Below, one piece after another: positions 37,846-52,016 of a stretch of DNA of 64,000 nucleotides (position 1 is its first letter; every line of letters begins with the position of its first letter). A program made the position numbers and the translations under genes. This DNA is from Nageia nagi (lineage: Eukaryota > Plantae > Pinophyta), in NCBI GenBank assembly GCA_050084985.1, contig JBITNC010000001.1, positions 100,502,001-100,566,000 on the forward strand. The letters run 5' to 3'. The notes under the pieces are model-generated. The model did no database searches. It was not told where the DNA came from and worked only from the letters and a program-made list of their open reading frames with translations.

Positions 37846-40800
37846 CAACATTATACAGTAAAAATTCCTCCTAGGGATGATGTTTTCATCACCAACATGA
37901 ATTCAACACAAGAATTCAAACTTCACTCTCCCTTGAGGACAACTTCACTAACCATAAAAAACTTTTAAAGTGTGCACAACATAGTTTCTAAAGTGGTATA
38001 ATGAATAAATCAAGAGAGATAAAGTTAGATGAATAGAGCTGCAGTTGTTTCATTAAGAACTTTCTCTTTGAAATAATGTGCTTAGATTTGGGTTGCACTA
38101 TAAATCATCATGAAGATGCTAAAACAATACTTATAGTCAACCATATAATAAGAATTCAAGATGAATTCAAAGGTGTGCTTGAATTTGTGGTGCACTATAA
38201 GTCATCATAGAGATGTCAAACCAATGCTTATAGTCAACCACATAAGAATTCAAAAAATGTGCTTGGATTTATGATGCATGATAAAAAGTTACATATTGTA
38301 TGAGCAACATATATGGAAAAAATAGAGAGCTTATTCATGCACCTTTATTTAAAAAGGAAGTAGTTATATTACAAAATATGCTTGGGTTTTGAATATGAGT
38401 CATCAATAATGCCCTCATACATATTACAATAGCAAATAAAGAATTCATACATATTACAACAGCAAAGAATTCAACAAGAATTCAACTAATACTCTCCCTT
38501 GAGGGATACTTCACCAACCCAACTTCAAAAAGGGGCTTGGTGAATAAAGGATGCTTGGATTTTGAGTAGGAAAGTCCATTCGATACCAAAGCATCTGATT
38601 GTAGTGATTGAGATTGTGGTCCATCTTCTTGAGGACCCATAAAAGCTTAAGATGTTATTTTCTTTAGAATGTGAATACCAAAGTGTCGAATGATATCCTC
38701 ATACATGGATGCCCTTTTCTTCCACTTTTCTTTTAATCATCAAATCCTATAGTAGCTATTGCTTGCATCATACCTAATTTGTATCTTTTTCTCATTTGCT
38801 TGTATTTTTCTCATTTTTTTCTCAGCTAGTAGTTCATTTTGCTCAGCCAAGAGTTCATTGTAATGTTGTATGCATATAACTTTTTATTTTTGTATCATAT
38901 CATAATTATGGGCCATTATCTCTATCTTGACCTTTATCGTAGCCAAGTCATGGTAAAGGTAGGTATTCTCTAAGTATGCCCATACATTTATTTCCTTGTC
39001 AAAATATAGGGAAGCACTTCCCATGTTTTTGCTAAAATTCTTTGGGGGATTCATGGTGATCAACATGTCACTCATGATTAAATTATCCCATTTAATAGTT
39101 GAGATGAGAGAAAATAGCATAGTGATACCACTATCACTTAGTCATCATGTGTCTTATTAGTACTATCATTATTGCAATCCTGACATGACATTACATGTAT
39201 GACATCCAATCAATTAAAAAATTTGGAGGTGAGATATTTTATCTCCATGAATTTGTTGTCCAACAAATCCTTTTCTCTAGCTATCATAATTATTATATCT
39301 TGATCATATCAAATCTTTTTCATTATAAATAGCCATAAATGATCCTCTCTTTTCATTTGACACTTTGCATTTATGATTTTAGCTAAAATCCATTTTCTCT
39401 ATTATCCTTCATGGAGATTTCTCAATTTCATGCCCTTCCAAGAGATCTTTAGGATAACATAGTGCATTGAAGCATTCATGAATCATATCCAGATGATCAG
39501 TATGGTATTTGCATGATCCTTCATCTCAATCATGATGATCATATTCACCTATTATTTCATTTGCTTAGTTGACCTAATTGGACATGGTGTATAATGGTTT
39601 ATACCCTATTTAATCATTATCTTTTGTAATTCATATGCTACATCAGATCACCTTCCTTGCATACATAGGAGTATTTCAAACCACTCACTATTGCATAAGT
39701 AGTTCATTAGCATAGTCTATAGTGGTCATCCACTTACTCTTTTTGCATTGCTTGGCAAGGTAGACATCAAATTTTATGTCATCATTTTTCTCTTTCTTAT
39801 CACTTTCTACCTCTTTCACATTAATATATTTTAGGATTTGGCACATTAGATTCTAGCACATCTAAATATGATGCTATTTCTTCTAATTCTAGTGACCATT
39901 CACCATACTAAGTGCCAATCGTATTGTAAGTGCCACCCACTTGGGCTTCTCAATGAGAATCTTTTCTAATTTTTTAATAAAGTATGTAATTCACATCTTT
40001 GATTAACCAATCAATGGCCAAGTACACTATTACATTGGTATTTATGCTTTCATGCTTGATCTATTTCTATGTTCCCATTTACAATCAATGATCTACTTAT
40101 TTTACAATTCTATAAGTTCATTTCATTCTATTTGATCACCATCACTTTCAACTTATTTATGATACCCTGATAGAGATCTGACTCATTTTTCATTCATCAT
40201 GGATATGACCATTTTCATGGTCTTTACATATATCTTCCTTAAGAAGTTCTTTATCTATGCATTCAAGGTTGATTCATGCAATGTGCTTGCATTGTGCTAT
40301 ATACTACTTTGCAACAAAATCTAGTTTGCCTATAGGGTCTTCGAATTCCCCATTGATGGGCCATCTGCTTTGTCCATCATTTGGAGGATGTTGAGCAATT
40401 GCATCTCATAATCACATTTGTTTTTCACCTAAACTAGACATGGAAGATCATCCTTTACCATTCTTGAACACCTTTTGTCTTTCATTCCTTACATTATGCA
40501 GGTCCTACCATGTTGCATCCTTAGGAGTACTACCACCCCTATACCATTGCATTCATAATATGGTGATGAGATCTTCATTGGGAGTCCACTTATGTTTTGT
40601 GACTACTTTGAGAAGGGGATTGATAGGTGTACTACCCATTTTTTTATATCAAATATCATTTCTCCCTAATCACTCATGCTATTTTGTTTAATATACCAAG
40701 TTTGCCTATCACAGATCCTAAGATTTCTAACTCCAACTCTCCTAGTTATGCCTATGATTTTGCTTAGTTTTACTATCCACTTGGGCATGTTAGTGGAACT

Positions 40801-41011
40801 TTATAGAATTAATAATTATTATTTTTTCTTCTATCTCATATCAAATTGTTATTGGATAAATTTCCAAATTCTCAAGATAAGCAAAAATTCTTCAAAACCA
40901 CAAATACAATAATGTCAACTTAATTATGTCACTATTAAAAACATCTTCACAAGCCATAAGTTAACTTCTCTATAATTATAGATAAAAAAAAAATCAAACT
41001 TTTTAAATCAA

Positions 41012-41158
41012 AGAGAAGGGAAAATCTTTTTAACCACTTCGTTTAAAAAATTTGCAACTATGGAGAAGGGTAGACCTTTTAACTACTCCATCAAAAATTT
41101 GCAACTATGGAGAAGGGCGGATCTTTTAACTACTCCATCAAAAATTTGCTACTATGGA
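41012..41158. repeat. Tandem repeat, 3 x ~47 bp
   Basis: Unit GGAGAAGGGTAGACCTTTTAACTACTCCATCAAAAATTTGCAACTAT. Confidence 0.9.
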
Positions 41159-41379
41159 TATCAATAAGAGTACTATCATAATTTTAACAAGAGTTATCAT
41201 TTAATAAATGATACAAGACTCATAATTACATAGATTAATATGCATATTCTCATCACAATTCATAAAAAAAGATTATTTGCATAAAACATTTGCATCATCA
41301 TACATGAGCAAGAATAATCAATATGTGCATAATCAGATATCCATATATCTAACATTTTATTGTCACCATATAACCAATA

Positions 41380-42000
41380 AAAAGAGTAATGTTGAGGTTG
41401 TTTTCTCATGAATTAGGCCTTCACTTAGATGCCTACAAGATGGAACCTAGGTCCTACCAATCCTCAACCAGTTCCCCTTGGGTAGCAATATACTCTCACA
41501 AGGAGAAGTACTAGCTATTTCCTAAGGTTTTGACATTTATTGGATTTGCCAAATTAATTATATTAATTAGGTTTTCAATTTTTCTTATATATTATTATGA
41601 TAATCCCTAAATAGATGTGCAAACATGTGGTATCACTACACACATGCATGTCCACCTATATGGAGTTATATCCAAACCAACAAAGGACTTAGAGGAAATT
41701 GAAAAGTATAGACTTTTCACCACTTGGATTGATGAACTAAAAGGTTCCAATATATCTTATACTCACCTCATGGCTCCCCAAACAATTCATGTTGCAAAAT
41801 AAAAAATATTATATGTATCCATTTTAGGGGGTTACACTTTCATTATTTGCATGATTTGCAAAATATATAAGATAAACATGCATAAAGTGCTTTAAAATGA
41901 AACTTCCTCCAAGCATCATCTATAAGAATGAACCCAAGAGACCAAAGGGTTTTGTCACAACCCCTAGTGGAACTCTTTACATAGGTTCATAAATTTTTAA
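41380..42000 (-). other. Conserved non-coding leader block of element B
   Basis: Homologous to 31260-31900. Confidence 0.85.
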
Positions 42001-43886
42001 GTAACAAAACTATAGTAATTCTACCCTTTTTACTGGAAAAGTATACATAATTAATTCTTACATGCATCTATGATAAGGATTTCTCCTCCTTAAAAATTCA
42101 TACATTTAGCAAGATTAATTTCATGCATGCATTATTTAGCAAGATTTACTCAAAAAATTAATTTAGCAAAAGAAATTATTTTAGCTAAATTATTAATTTT
42201 TGAAAGAAAAAAAATTGCTAAGGGATTTCACCATTATCTTAGCATAACTTTTAGCTTAGCAAAAAATAATCTTGCTAAAACAAAATGAGTAAAAAATAAA
42301 CTTGCTAACATTTTTGAATAAAAAAAATTTACCATTTTATTTTGTCTTGCAAAAAAAAAGGTACCCCAAGGAATTACTCCCATAAATAATATTTTAGAAG
42401 ACTTAGGATTACTAAGCCCTTCACAAAAACTATTTTAAATAAATTGGGAGATTAACTTAGTAAAAAAATTAAAGGGGTAGGTGAGCAAAAAGAAAAATGC
42501 CCATTAAAGGCTCTCATCAAATTAAATATAGAGCCACCCATATTAAAAAATACACCCCACTTAAAAAAAATAATGTGCTCCACTTTTTGATAAAGGTACA
42601 TTGGATTCTCTCTTAGGATGCCTCCATAATAAATGCACTCTTTTTTTGTTTAAATAACCTAGGATTCTCCTTATAAGCCAAAGGTCATAGGATTCCTCCA
42701 CTAATAAATGGCCCCCTTTGATTTTTTTTATTATTAAATAGCCCCATTATGAAAAAAAAAAATTGTTTATGTAAAATAGGTTCTATGTTATATTTTTAAA
42801 AAAATTGCATCTCAACACATATAATCAATAAATATATTTTAAATGGAAGAAAGAGAGGGTGGTTTTTGGGGAGGAGAGGCTGATGGTGGAGGAGAGGTAG
42901 GTGCAATAGCCAAATTCTGCAACCTTTGCCTGCATTCTTCTAGTATGTGTCACCATGGGAGTTCAAGAGGACTACGGCTCTAAATGGGCAACCGACCCAC
43001 AGAGGGGTTGTGCCTCCCATTGAAGCAACCGACCCACAAAGGGTTACCAACCTTGTATAAAAAAAAATTAATATTATTTATATATGTATATATATTATTT
43101 TTTTTATATATTAAAAAAATTGCATATGAACGTAGAGGTAAAAAAAAACTTTATGGATATCCATCCTTCCCTTTTTTTATTTAATAGTAAATTGTAAAGA
43201 AAAATCTAATTATTTAAAATTTAGATTTTAGAGTTTAGCTACAAATTAGACACTCATAATAAAAATTGCAAACTTGTGTAATAAGTATTTGCAAGAAATA
43301 GTAAAATTTTACATTCTTACTATTGTAATGTTTAGTTTTCTTGCAAAACAAATCTCAATGTTACTCAAATTGAAATTTTTTTAAGTTTGCAACAAAGAAA
43401 CTAGATTTTACCATAGGTTTCAAAAATAAAAATTAGTTCTTACTATGTAAGAAAAAATAGATAATCTAATTTTTTTTAAGATCTAGAAATCTAACCTTAT
43501 AACAAATGTTAGATCTAGTTTTTTTTTAAATACAACTAACATGTAACTAAGGTAAAATTTTACCTTAAATTTGAACCATTAACCTCAAAATAAAACATGT
43601 TAGTATAAATCATTATAAATTTCAAGTATTAGAGATATCAACTAGATCTTAACAAAACAATAATAGATCTAATGCTTAACCTTAAGGTGAATCTTAAAAT
43701 ACTAACCTTAAGATTAGATCTATAAAACATTTCATATAAGAAATTTAGTAGATCTAGCTTGTAGTTTCAAAAACAAAAATTGAAACAAAATAAGGAATAG
43801 GTATACTTTCCAATTTGAGGAGTGTTACCTCAAATTTCCATGTTCTAATTTGGAGTAGATCACCATAAGGAGGCTCTGATACCATT

Positions 43887-44335
43887 TGATGGAATCAATC
43901 CTTTCCTAATTAATTCCTAATCACCAAGATCACTTTTAGGATACACTCAACTCCCACTAAACATAAGCATAACAAAAATTGCCAATCTCACAAATTCACA
44001 AGAGACACAATATAAAATGGTTCCTCCCTCCTTGGGAGTACATCCACTAACTAAGATCTCATTACTCTAGATGGACTCTCTTACAATCTATAATCCTACT
44101 TCTCCTACAACCATTCTTTGAGCATAACATTTCTCCTACAACTTATGTATATTAGAAGAGGAGAGGCCCTCTATTTATAGGATAAAATTCTCACCTTAAC
44201 CTCCCTTTTAATTTTTTAAGGTTGCATAATATAATATTCATTAAACACTTAAAGGTATCTAGTGATACTTTAAGTGTTTAATTGGTTACATAGAGATAAA
44301 CATTAATTCTCCAAATTACATTACAAATTCTAATA
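43887..44335 (-). repeat. Element B 5' LTR (449 bp)
   Basis: Adjacent to the Met PBS; direct repeat of 36584-37040. Confidence 0.95.
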
Positions 44336-44340
44336 AGTTA

Positions 44341-44691
44341 TTCTCATATTAAATTGCATATCATTTGGACAATAGGCATAAATCATATTTCTATCATCCT
44401 TTTGGTTGAGGATTAGGGGGCCTACTCTCTTGTTGAGTTGGAGTTTTACACTTCTTGATTGATCATAATGCCTTAAGGGCTTTTGATTTGATGTTCCCCA
44501 TAACATTTGTCTACTTTGCATGTCTCTAGACATCTTATTTTCATATCAAGCATAAATGACATATCTATACCCCATTCTTGGTCATTTTGTCTAATCATAG
44601 CATAAGCAAGATTAGTAAAAAAGTTTAGTTTTCTTGAGATCATTAACAAGGTGTGTTGAGTGGTCTAAGGTACACGAAAATAAGCATTCCA
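44341..44691 (+). repeat. Ogre 3' LTR, second part
   Basis: Aligns with 6710-7047. Confidence 0.9.
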
Positions 44692-44829
44692 AATATTGTT
44701 ATAAATTTCATAATCATTGGGGGGTAGTAGTGGAATACCTTTTTGTATCTAAATCAACCTTTTTCATTTAATATTGGCATATTAATTACTTATAAAGGTT
44801 CATTAGCTTCTATTTTACCTATCTAGGAC

Positions 44830-47800
44830 TCATTCAAACTCTCTTTGGTTTGTGTTTATAATGTGCATTTTCCTTAAGATTTTTTTTACTGCTAAACTTG
44901 TTTCTTCTTCCTTTTTCAGTTCAATCCCATTTGTTTGATTATTACCTTGCCTACTTATCTTAATCATCCTTCTATTGTACACTTTCATACTTCCTTCTTT
45001 TCCTTGGGTTGGTGACTCAATTGTCCTTGAATTACTTATGTTAAATTCCTCCAATACATCCATTTCTTCCAAGTTAGTAGGTTTGTTTTCCTTTGACACT
45101 TTCATCCATAGGTTCTCAACATGGGCTTTCCTTGTCCTTATTCTTAAAGAAACCAAATATGGGATGCTCTACACTTATTTAGGCTCCTATAATGCTACAC
45201 TCTCCCCTTCTTCTTGCATTATAGTCCTTCTGTTCCCTCCATGTAGTTCAACTTCTTTACTTGGGTGATTCCTCCCCTTCTTTCATCCCCAAGTTTTCCT
45301 CAAAATTTCCTCCAATATTTGAGTCAATTCCATCACTTGTACTTCTTTTCCTTTATCTAAATTAGGGTTTCTAGTTTTATTTTCCTTGGATACATTCTCC
45401 TTTAGCAGTTTAGGGATTTTAATTCTAATATTGATTTTTCTTCCTTTGGATCTTATTTCTTCTATTTTACTAGTATCCCTCACCTCTTTGATAATTGACT
45501 AAGGGGGAAACTCCTTTTTATCCTTAATCTTCATTATCTTTTACCTCACAAGTTGATATCCCCTAATATTCCTTCTTGATTGATTATTTAGGATCATATA
45601 ATAAATGAATTTTATCACAAACTTATGTAATTAGAGGGAATTTGAATTAATTTTGAATTTTTTGATTGAGATTGCCATAGAATTCATAATAAAAGATGGG
45701 AAATTTATAAATTCATTTTCTAGAAACTTGAATTTGATTAATAAGGGTAAAATGGTAAGAAAGAACTACCTAATGCCTACCCTCCAATATCATGTATCTC
45801 ATTAGTCCCCTAACCACTTCATCTCATGGTTTGGGAAAGGAGATCCTTTCCACCCCTATTCCTACTTTGATATAATCCTCCCCAAGCTCCATAAACTTAT
45901 CTATCTCTTCTAATTTTTTCAACTTAACTTATCTCTTAACCTCCTTCCCTATATTCTCTATATGAATATCTTTAGATATTTGTTGATATTTAAAGACCAC
46001 TTCAAGCCCATGTACTCAATAGATTCCATCATTCCATGAACTTCCTACTTGCAAGGTAAGTTGAAGATTGTATCCTTTACATGATTCTATGACCTATAAC
46101 ATTCCTCCATTACATAGTATCTTTTTAGTATCAACCTCCTTTTGAATATCTTCAATTTAATATGGTATTTTCCTTACATTATCCCCTCCCATTTTCATCT
46201 CTTCCTACTAGCAAACAATCTTCTCCCTTTCATCTACCCTACTTGGTACCTACTAGAGCTCTTCTACCTGCATCTATAACTAATTATCATTTAGACCTCC
46301 TTTGCATGCTTAGATTCTTATGATTCTAATGCTTTCAAACTAAATTTTAATCCACATATTAATTTCCCACTCCTTTTCTATTGTTTATAGCCATCTCAAG
46401 GTACTAACATGCGACCATGTTGATAGTAACACTAATTACATTCCATGTCATCAAGAAGATATCTTGTCACCAGATAATGGATACAATTGATTAAATCCTT
46501 CTCCAATCATTATAACATGTATATAAGTTTCTCAATAGCTTATAAATCTAGCACATACCTTATATTTTATCCTCTCCTATGCATATTTAAAGTCTTGTCA
46601 CCACCCCAATAGAGTTGCTTCTTTTTTATTGGTATTAAACCAAAATGCAATGATTTTTAGTTTTTAAATTGATACAATACTTTCCAATGCATCCTCAAGG
46701 AAAATGTTATTTGTTTGACATATTTTTCATCATTACATTAGCTAGAATTCTAATTATTATCAATTAATCCCCTAATTTATCTTCGCTCCTTTCTTCCTTT
46801 AGATACTAGTATCATTCTTTAGCCTTTTCTCACTTAGAATCTTTCAAATCCTTCCATTTTTTCTCATATTTGATAGGTATATTTTGTGTTCCTTTATTTG
46901 TTTTCAACCTCTTGTGTTTAAAGCTACAATATACTCTTCATATTTAAATAATCAACTTAAACCTCATTAATATATTACTTCTAAATATCCCCTCAAGAGG
47001 GATGTACTATTGGACCTCCTTCTTATTTAGGTGTAATTTTCTCATAAATATACTTTCTTGTAGGCTCCTTCAAAATAGTGTAGCTCCTCTTCTATCTAGA
47101 CATCATTCTCCTTACTTTCAATCCATATGAATCTTATCACTAGGTATCCAAATAATCCTTATTTTTACATCACTTTACAAATGTTGTCACCTTATTCTTA
47201 ATTTCCTTGAAAGTATATGTTTCTATTATTCTTATGGAGTAAGTCTCTATGTTCTCTACAACTCAAAAAACATGATTAGCTTAAAAATATACTATTCTTA
47301 TTGTTAAAAACCCTCTCATTCCTCTCTTTCCAAATATATCATAAGGTATGTGAGAAAATAAAACTCCATAGCTCCTTAATATTCTTTCCTACACTAATTG
47401 GTTACCATTGTACTAACATTTCTTGTATCATATTTGGAAAGGCTCCTTGAAATTTTGAGTCTATTTTCATTCTATTCCAAATTGTAGTAGCAAAGGGATA
47501 GTGTATAAAGATATGGTTCTCTAACTCTTTAGCTCTAAAATGCTTATAACATCTATTTAGGATTGGAATCCCCATTTTTTAATGTTGTCAACTATTGCTA
47601 GTTTGTTGTGGATAGTTAGCCACATGAAGAAGGCTATTTTAGAGATTAAAGTCTTTAACCAAACCTTACTCCACAACTCCTTACTGACTTCTCCCAATTA
47701 ACTAGCCAACCATCTGATTGCATATCTCACATTATAATTACCATATTTTGACACCTTCCCATTGGTATATCCCTCTCTTGACTGGTTTTTATGTTGTTTA

Positions 47801-50105
47801 GTGATATCCCTTTTATGGTCTTATCAAATTGGGTTTTTATTTTTTTATCAGGTATATTTTTAATCCACCATTTATCTAGTTTGGAGTCATAATATTCTTT
47901 TAACTTTCTCTCCTTGTTCATTGATAACCCATTATACTCCAACTCTCCACTTTCTATATGTGATGATTGATTTATCCTTTCAAACCAAGCATCTTCCCAA
48001 AAATAGACCAAGTCCCATTTTCCTACATTCCAACTAATATTATTTGTAATAGGTATATAATATTGAGCAAACCATTCTAAAATGGTATTCCATAAGGGTA
48101 TTTCTCTATTCTTAACTTATAGTGATGATTTTTAATATATTTATCTCTATAGATCTTCATCTATTCTCTATCCTCCTCCAAAGCCAACCTCCATACTATT
48201 TAGTTCCCTCTTAAAGCTTGTCCCAAATGCTTTACTCTCCTTATGTCTAAGACATATTTAAATTTATCTTTAAAAATTTTATCCCAAGCCATTGTTGATG
48301 ACTTTTTCTTGTTTGTTTATCCATCTCACAAGAAACTTATGCATATTTGGTCCACTTACTTGGTAATTGTATAAGACATCTTAAACACCATTGAGATATA
48401 GATAGGTATACTTTGAAGAGTGTGTTTTATTAGTAATAATCTAGCTACATAGGTTGGTATCTTACATTTACAACCTCTAAGTTTTTTATTAATCTTGTTC
48501 AACATATTATCCCAAAAGTTGGTTCTAACCCTACCTATGAATAAAGGTATCCCAAGATATTTGGTAGGAAGCTCATCCATTTGACATCCAAATATTTTTG
48601 CAAATGATTTCGCTTTTTTTTTTAGTTATAAGATAAATATTTGTCTTTTGCATGTTCACTCTTTGATTTGAAGCTCTCTCATACATTATGATAACCATCT
48701 TAAACTACCTTGCTTCTTTCTCCTTTGTCTATCTTACTAGAATAGTGTCATCTACGAATTGGTGGTAAGTAATAGGATCCAACTATCTAATAGGTCTCAT
48801 TCCTTGAATTATCCCCTCATTTTTCCCTTACTTTATAGCTCTTCCCAATGCCTAAGCCATAATTATTAAAAGGTAGGGATAAATTGGGTCTACTTGCTTA
48901 AGATCCCTTTCCAATGTAAAAACATCAGTCGATTCATCATTAACAAGTATTGAAAACTTAGGGGTTGATATGCATTCTATTACCCAATCTCTCCACTTCT
49001 CTCCAAATCCAAAGTTTTGAAGAATAATATTTAAAAATCCCAATTAACATTGTAATAGGATTTTTATATATCCAGCTTAAGTAGCATGGTTTCTTATTTC
49101 CTAACATTTACTAAATATAGAAATTAATGTATTAAAACAATACGATATGTGATTTGTCTATTATACACAAATCCATCTTGCTCCATTGAAATAATATGAG
49201 GAATGGTTTGCTTCTTCCTTTTAGTCATTATTTTTGTAATGATATTGTACAATACATTGCAAAGAATAATCAATCTAAAGTCTTTTAGTTACTTGAATGA
49301 TGAATTTTTTGGTGCCAACAACAAAATTGTAGAGTTCCAAGCCTTCAATAGTATCCCTCTTTTGAATAACTTAGTTACTACCTCTGTTACATCATTCCCA
49401 ACTATTTCCTAATTATGTTGAAAGAATCCCACCTGAAAACCATTTGATCCTAGAGATTTATCCTTATCCATTAAAAATATAGTCCTTTTTACTTCTTCCT
49501 TCATTATTTTCCTTGTCAAGTTATCATTCATATCTTGATCAACTAGTCTTAGGATATTCTATAGAATATTTTCCATAGCATATCTATTTTGTCTTTGATC
49601 AAAAAGTGGAATTTTAATAGAAATTGACTACCCTATCTCTAATTTATTTCTCTTTCTTTATTATGGTACCATCTTATTTTTTAAATTATATGATTCTATT
49701 TATTCCTCTTCTTTGAATGGTCATTAATTGGAAGAAAGTCGTATTTTGATCCCCTTATTTTAGCCATGATACTCTAGATTTTTGTTTCCAATGAGTTTCC
49801 TCTTATAATGAGGTGTTATAATATATTGCTAACACTTACTTTTCTTCCCTACAATTGATTCCATTCTACCATTTCTCGTAATTGAATGCTCAATGATATA
49901 GAGCCCTTCCTCTAGCTCCTTTTTGCTCTCCACATTTTTAAAAAATCTTAGTTCCACTTTTTCAGTATCCTTTTTACTTCTTCTAGTTTTTGAGATAGTG
50001 TGTACATTGTTGTTCCTTGAGTTTTGAACTTTCACAACTCTTTAAGATTATCTTTAAAGATAGAATGTGACATCCAAATAAACTTAAATTTAAATGGTGT
50101 CTTAT
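44830..50105 (-). mobile_element. 5'-truncated, decayed L1-clade LINE (ORF2 RT, zf-RVT and an uncharacterised 3' extension)
   Basis: PFKFKFIW, KSLGSNG (KAPGPDG), LCNVLYN, LKQVDPIYPYL, YHQFVDDTIL, LPTKYLGIPL, FWEDAW, KVWLKTLISKIAFFMWL. No endonuclease or ORF1. The extent below ~47300 is uncertain. Confidence 0.85.
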
Positions 50106-52016
50106 TATTTAGAATATAGATTGTTTAACTTACTACTTCTCCCCATAAAAACTTAGGGAGATTTCCCAACATACATCTAGCCATTTCCATAATGGTCCTA
50201 TTTTTCCTTTAAGCTGGTCCATTACATTATGGAATATAGGTAATTGTAAATTTCCCTTTGATTCCTTATCTTCAAAAATCAATAAATTCATAATAAATAT
50301 ATTCCCCACCATTATCTAACCTTATCATATTGATACTTTGATTTGTCTCCTTTTTAATGAAAGCTTTTAACTCTTTGAACATTTTAAAACAATCAATTTT
50401 ATGGTTAAGGAGATAAGCAAATTTTAGCCTATTAAAGTCATCGATAAAGGTTAAAGCTTTTAAGCAGCACCTCCTAAAGTATTAACTTGAAATGGTTCCA
50501 TCAAGTTAGAATGGATTAAGTGAAGAATATGAGATGCCCTTATGGATTTATCCTGCTCAAACTTTTTCTACTCTTTTTTCTAATATGCAACTTTCACAAA
50601 AATTAGAATTAGAAGAGATTTCATGCAATCCTTAAACAAGATTCTTATTTTTCATGAATTGAATATTATTATATTTTATGTGTCCTAATCATTGATGCCA
50701 AAGACTACCATTTGGGAAAATGGTAATGGCTAAATAAATTTTATAAGGAACATCATTAACTACACAAATATTACTCTTCATTAATCCTAAAAGTAAGGTA
50801 GATATATCTTTCTTTATTCTCCATGAGGTTACCTTGAATTCAAAGAAAATTTCTTATTTTGCAATTTGAAGAACAAATATGATATTCTCTTTAGATTCAA
50901 AACATTGAGAACATTCTCCATTGTTTTTTCACTAATGGTGATGTTTTCAATTCCATGCACTTCAAGCCTAGAATTATCACTGATTATCACTTAATTAGTT
51001 CCATGATTATGAAATGATTCAAACTTATTATTTTAAAAAGATATATGATTAGTCTAACTTGAATCAATAACCTATTTAATATAATTAGAATGACACATGG
51101 AGTACATGGAACAAACATAAGAACTTTTATTCTTTCCTTTGTTGGTTACATTTTTCATCCCATCAAAGAAATTTTCATTTCCTTTTCTATTTTCCTTCAT
51201 CTTTTTGAATCAAGAAGATTCCTTGTGTCCCACCATTCTATAGTGGTTACATTTACCTACAAACTTGAGTTTATTTAAGGAAGCTTTCTTGTTACCATTT
51301 TGAGTTCCCTTTTCTTCATGTAATTTGGAGAATTTATTTTATTTATCCATTTATTTTTGAAGGCAAGTTTTATTGCATTCAATGCAATGTTGTGCTCTTT
51401 GACGATTCTTTGAGTCTCTTTAGCCTTAATTTTGGTACACCTTAAATACTCCTCATATTGGATCAAAATATTTGAGAGAGAGATTAAAAAGATAGCTACA
51501 CCATATTATTCAATCATTGTGTTTAAAATGATCACAAAGTTTTGAAATTTGATGGTTAGATTTCTCATGATTATATATCACAACAATTTTTCATTCAACT
51601 AGTCATAGTCACAAGAAATGAGTTGAGTCCACATGTTTTTAATTTTAGTTAATAAGACTTTTGCACTCTCTTCATCTTCCTAAAAGGTATTGAAAATTTT
51701 TGATATAACAGTAGATTTCTTTTTTGTATTGTACCTAAGGTAACTTTTTTTTAGAAGATTTCATCCATCTTTTACGTATTCAGATAGAGATAAAGAAATT
51801 ATAAGAATAATCTCATTCAAAACTGCATTAATGATCATGGACATGGCTTGTTGGCAAAATCTTATCCTTCAAGTGCAATTAGACCAGGTATAGCTTCTTC
51901 TCCATCTATAATCTTCCATAGTTTTGAGATTTCATTCTCATCCTTGGCTAGCATATCCCAAAATTAAAATCATTAAGGATATATTTGGGAGAGAAAGTAA
52001 GTAAAGACTCACCCAT
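50106..52016 (-). pseudogene. Copia gag-PR-INT fragment (element E), related to element A
   Basis: The gag start resembles that of A (KYILNDFNFGIC*PRMR vs KPILDGSKFRIWEP*MR). Also LWHQ*LGH, TFIDDFNR, RLDNGGEY, KGKNRTIMEMARCML. Stops at WGEVVS*TIYILN. No LTR was identified. Confidence 0.88.

Larger units (their letters stand above)
36584..44335 (-). mobile_element. Non-autonomous Copia-derived element B inserted in the Ogre 3' LTR
   Basis: Exact TSD AGTTA (36579-36583 and 44336-44340). LTRs at 36584-37040 and 43887-44335. PBS TGGTATCAGAGC on minus at 43873-43884. PPT at 37041-37050. Leader and 3' UTR are homologous to element A. Only traces of pol remain (QIE*NELIEL*NK*IIDCKW ~40075-40135; RH ends at ~37915-38090 and ~38475-38550). 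Confidence 0.92.
6510..44691 (+). mobile_element. Decayed Ogre/Tat-lineage Ty3/gypsy LTR retrotransposon hosting three nested insertions
   Basis: Matching LTR ends (...GAAAATAAGCATTACA 7047 / ...GAAAATAAGCATTCCA 44691), an Arg-type PBS, domain order gag-PR-RT-RH-aRH-INT, a long 3' region with an antisense ORF, and a PPT at 35750-35760. Confidence 0.9.
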
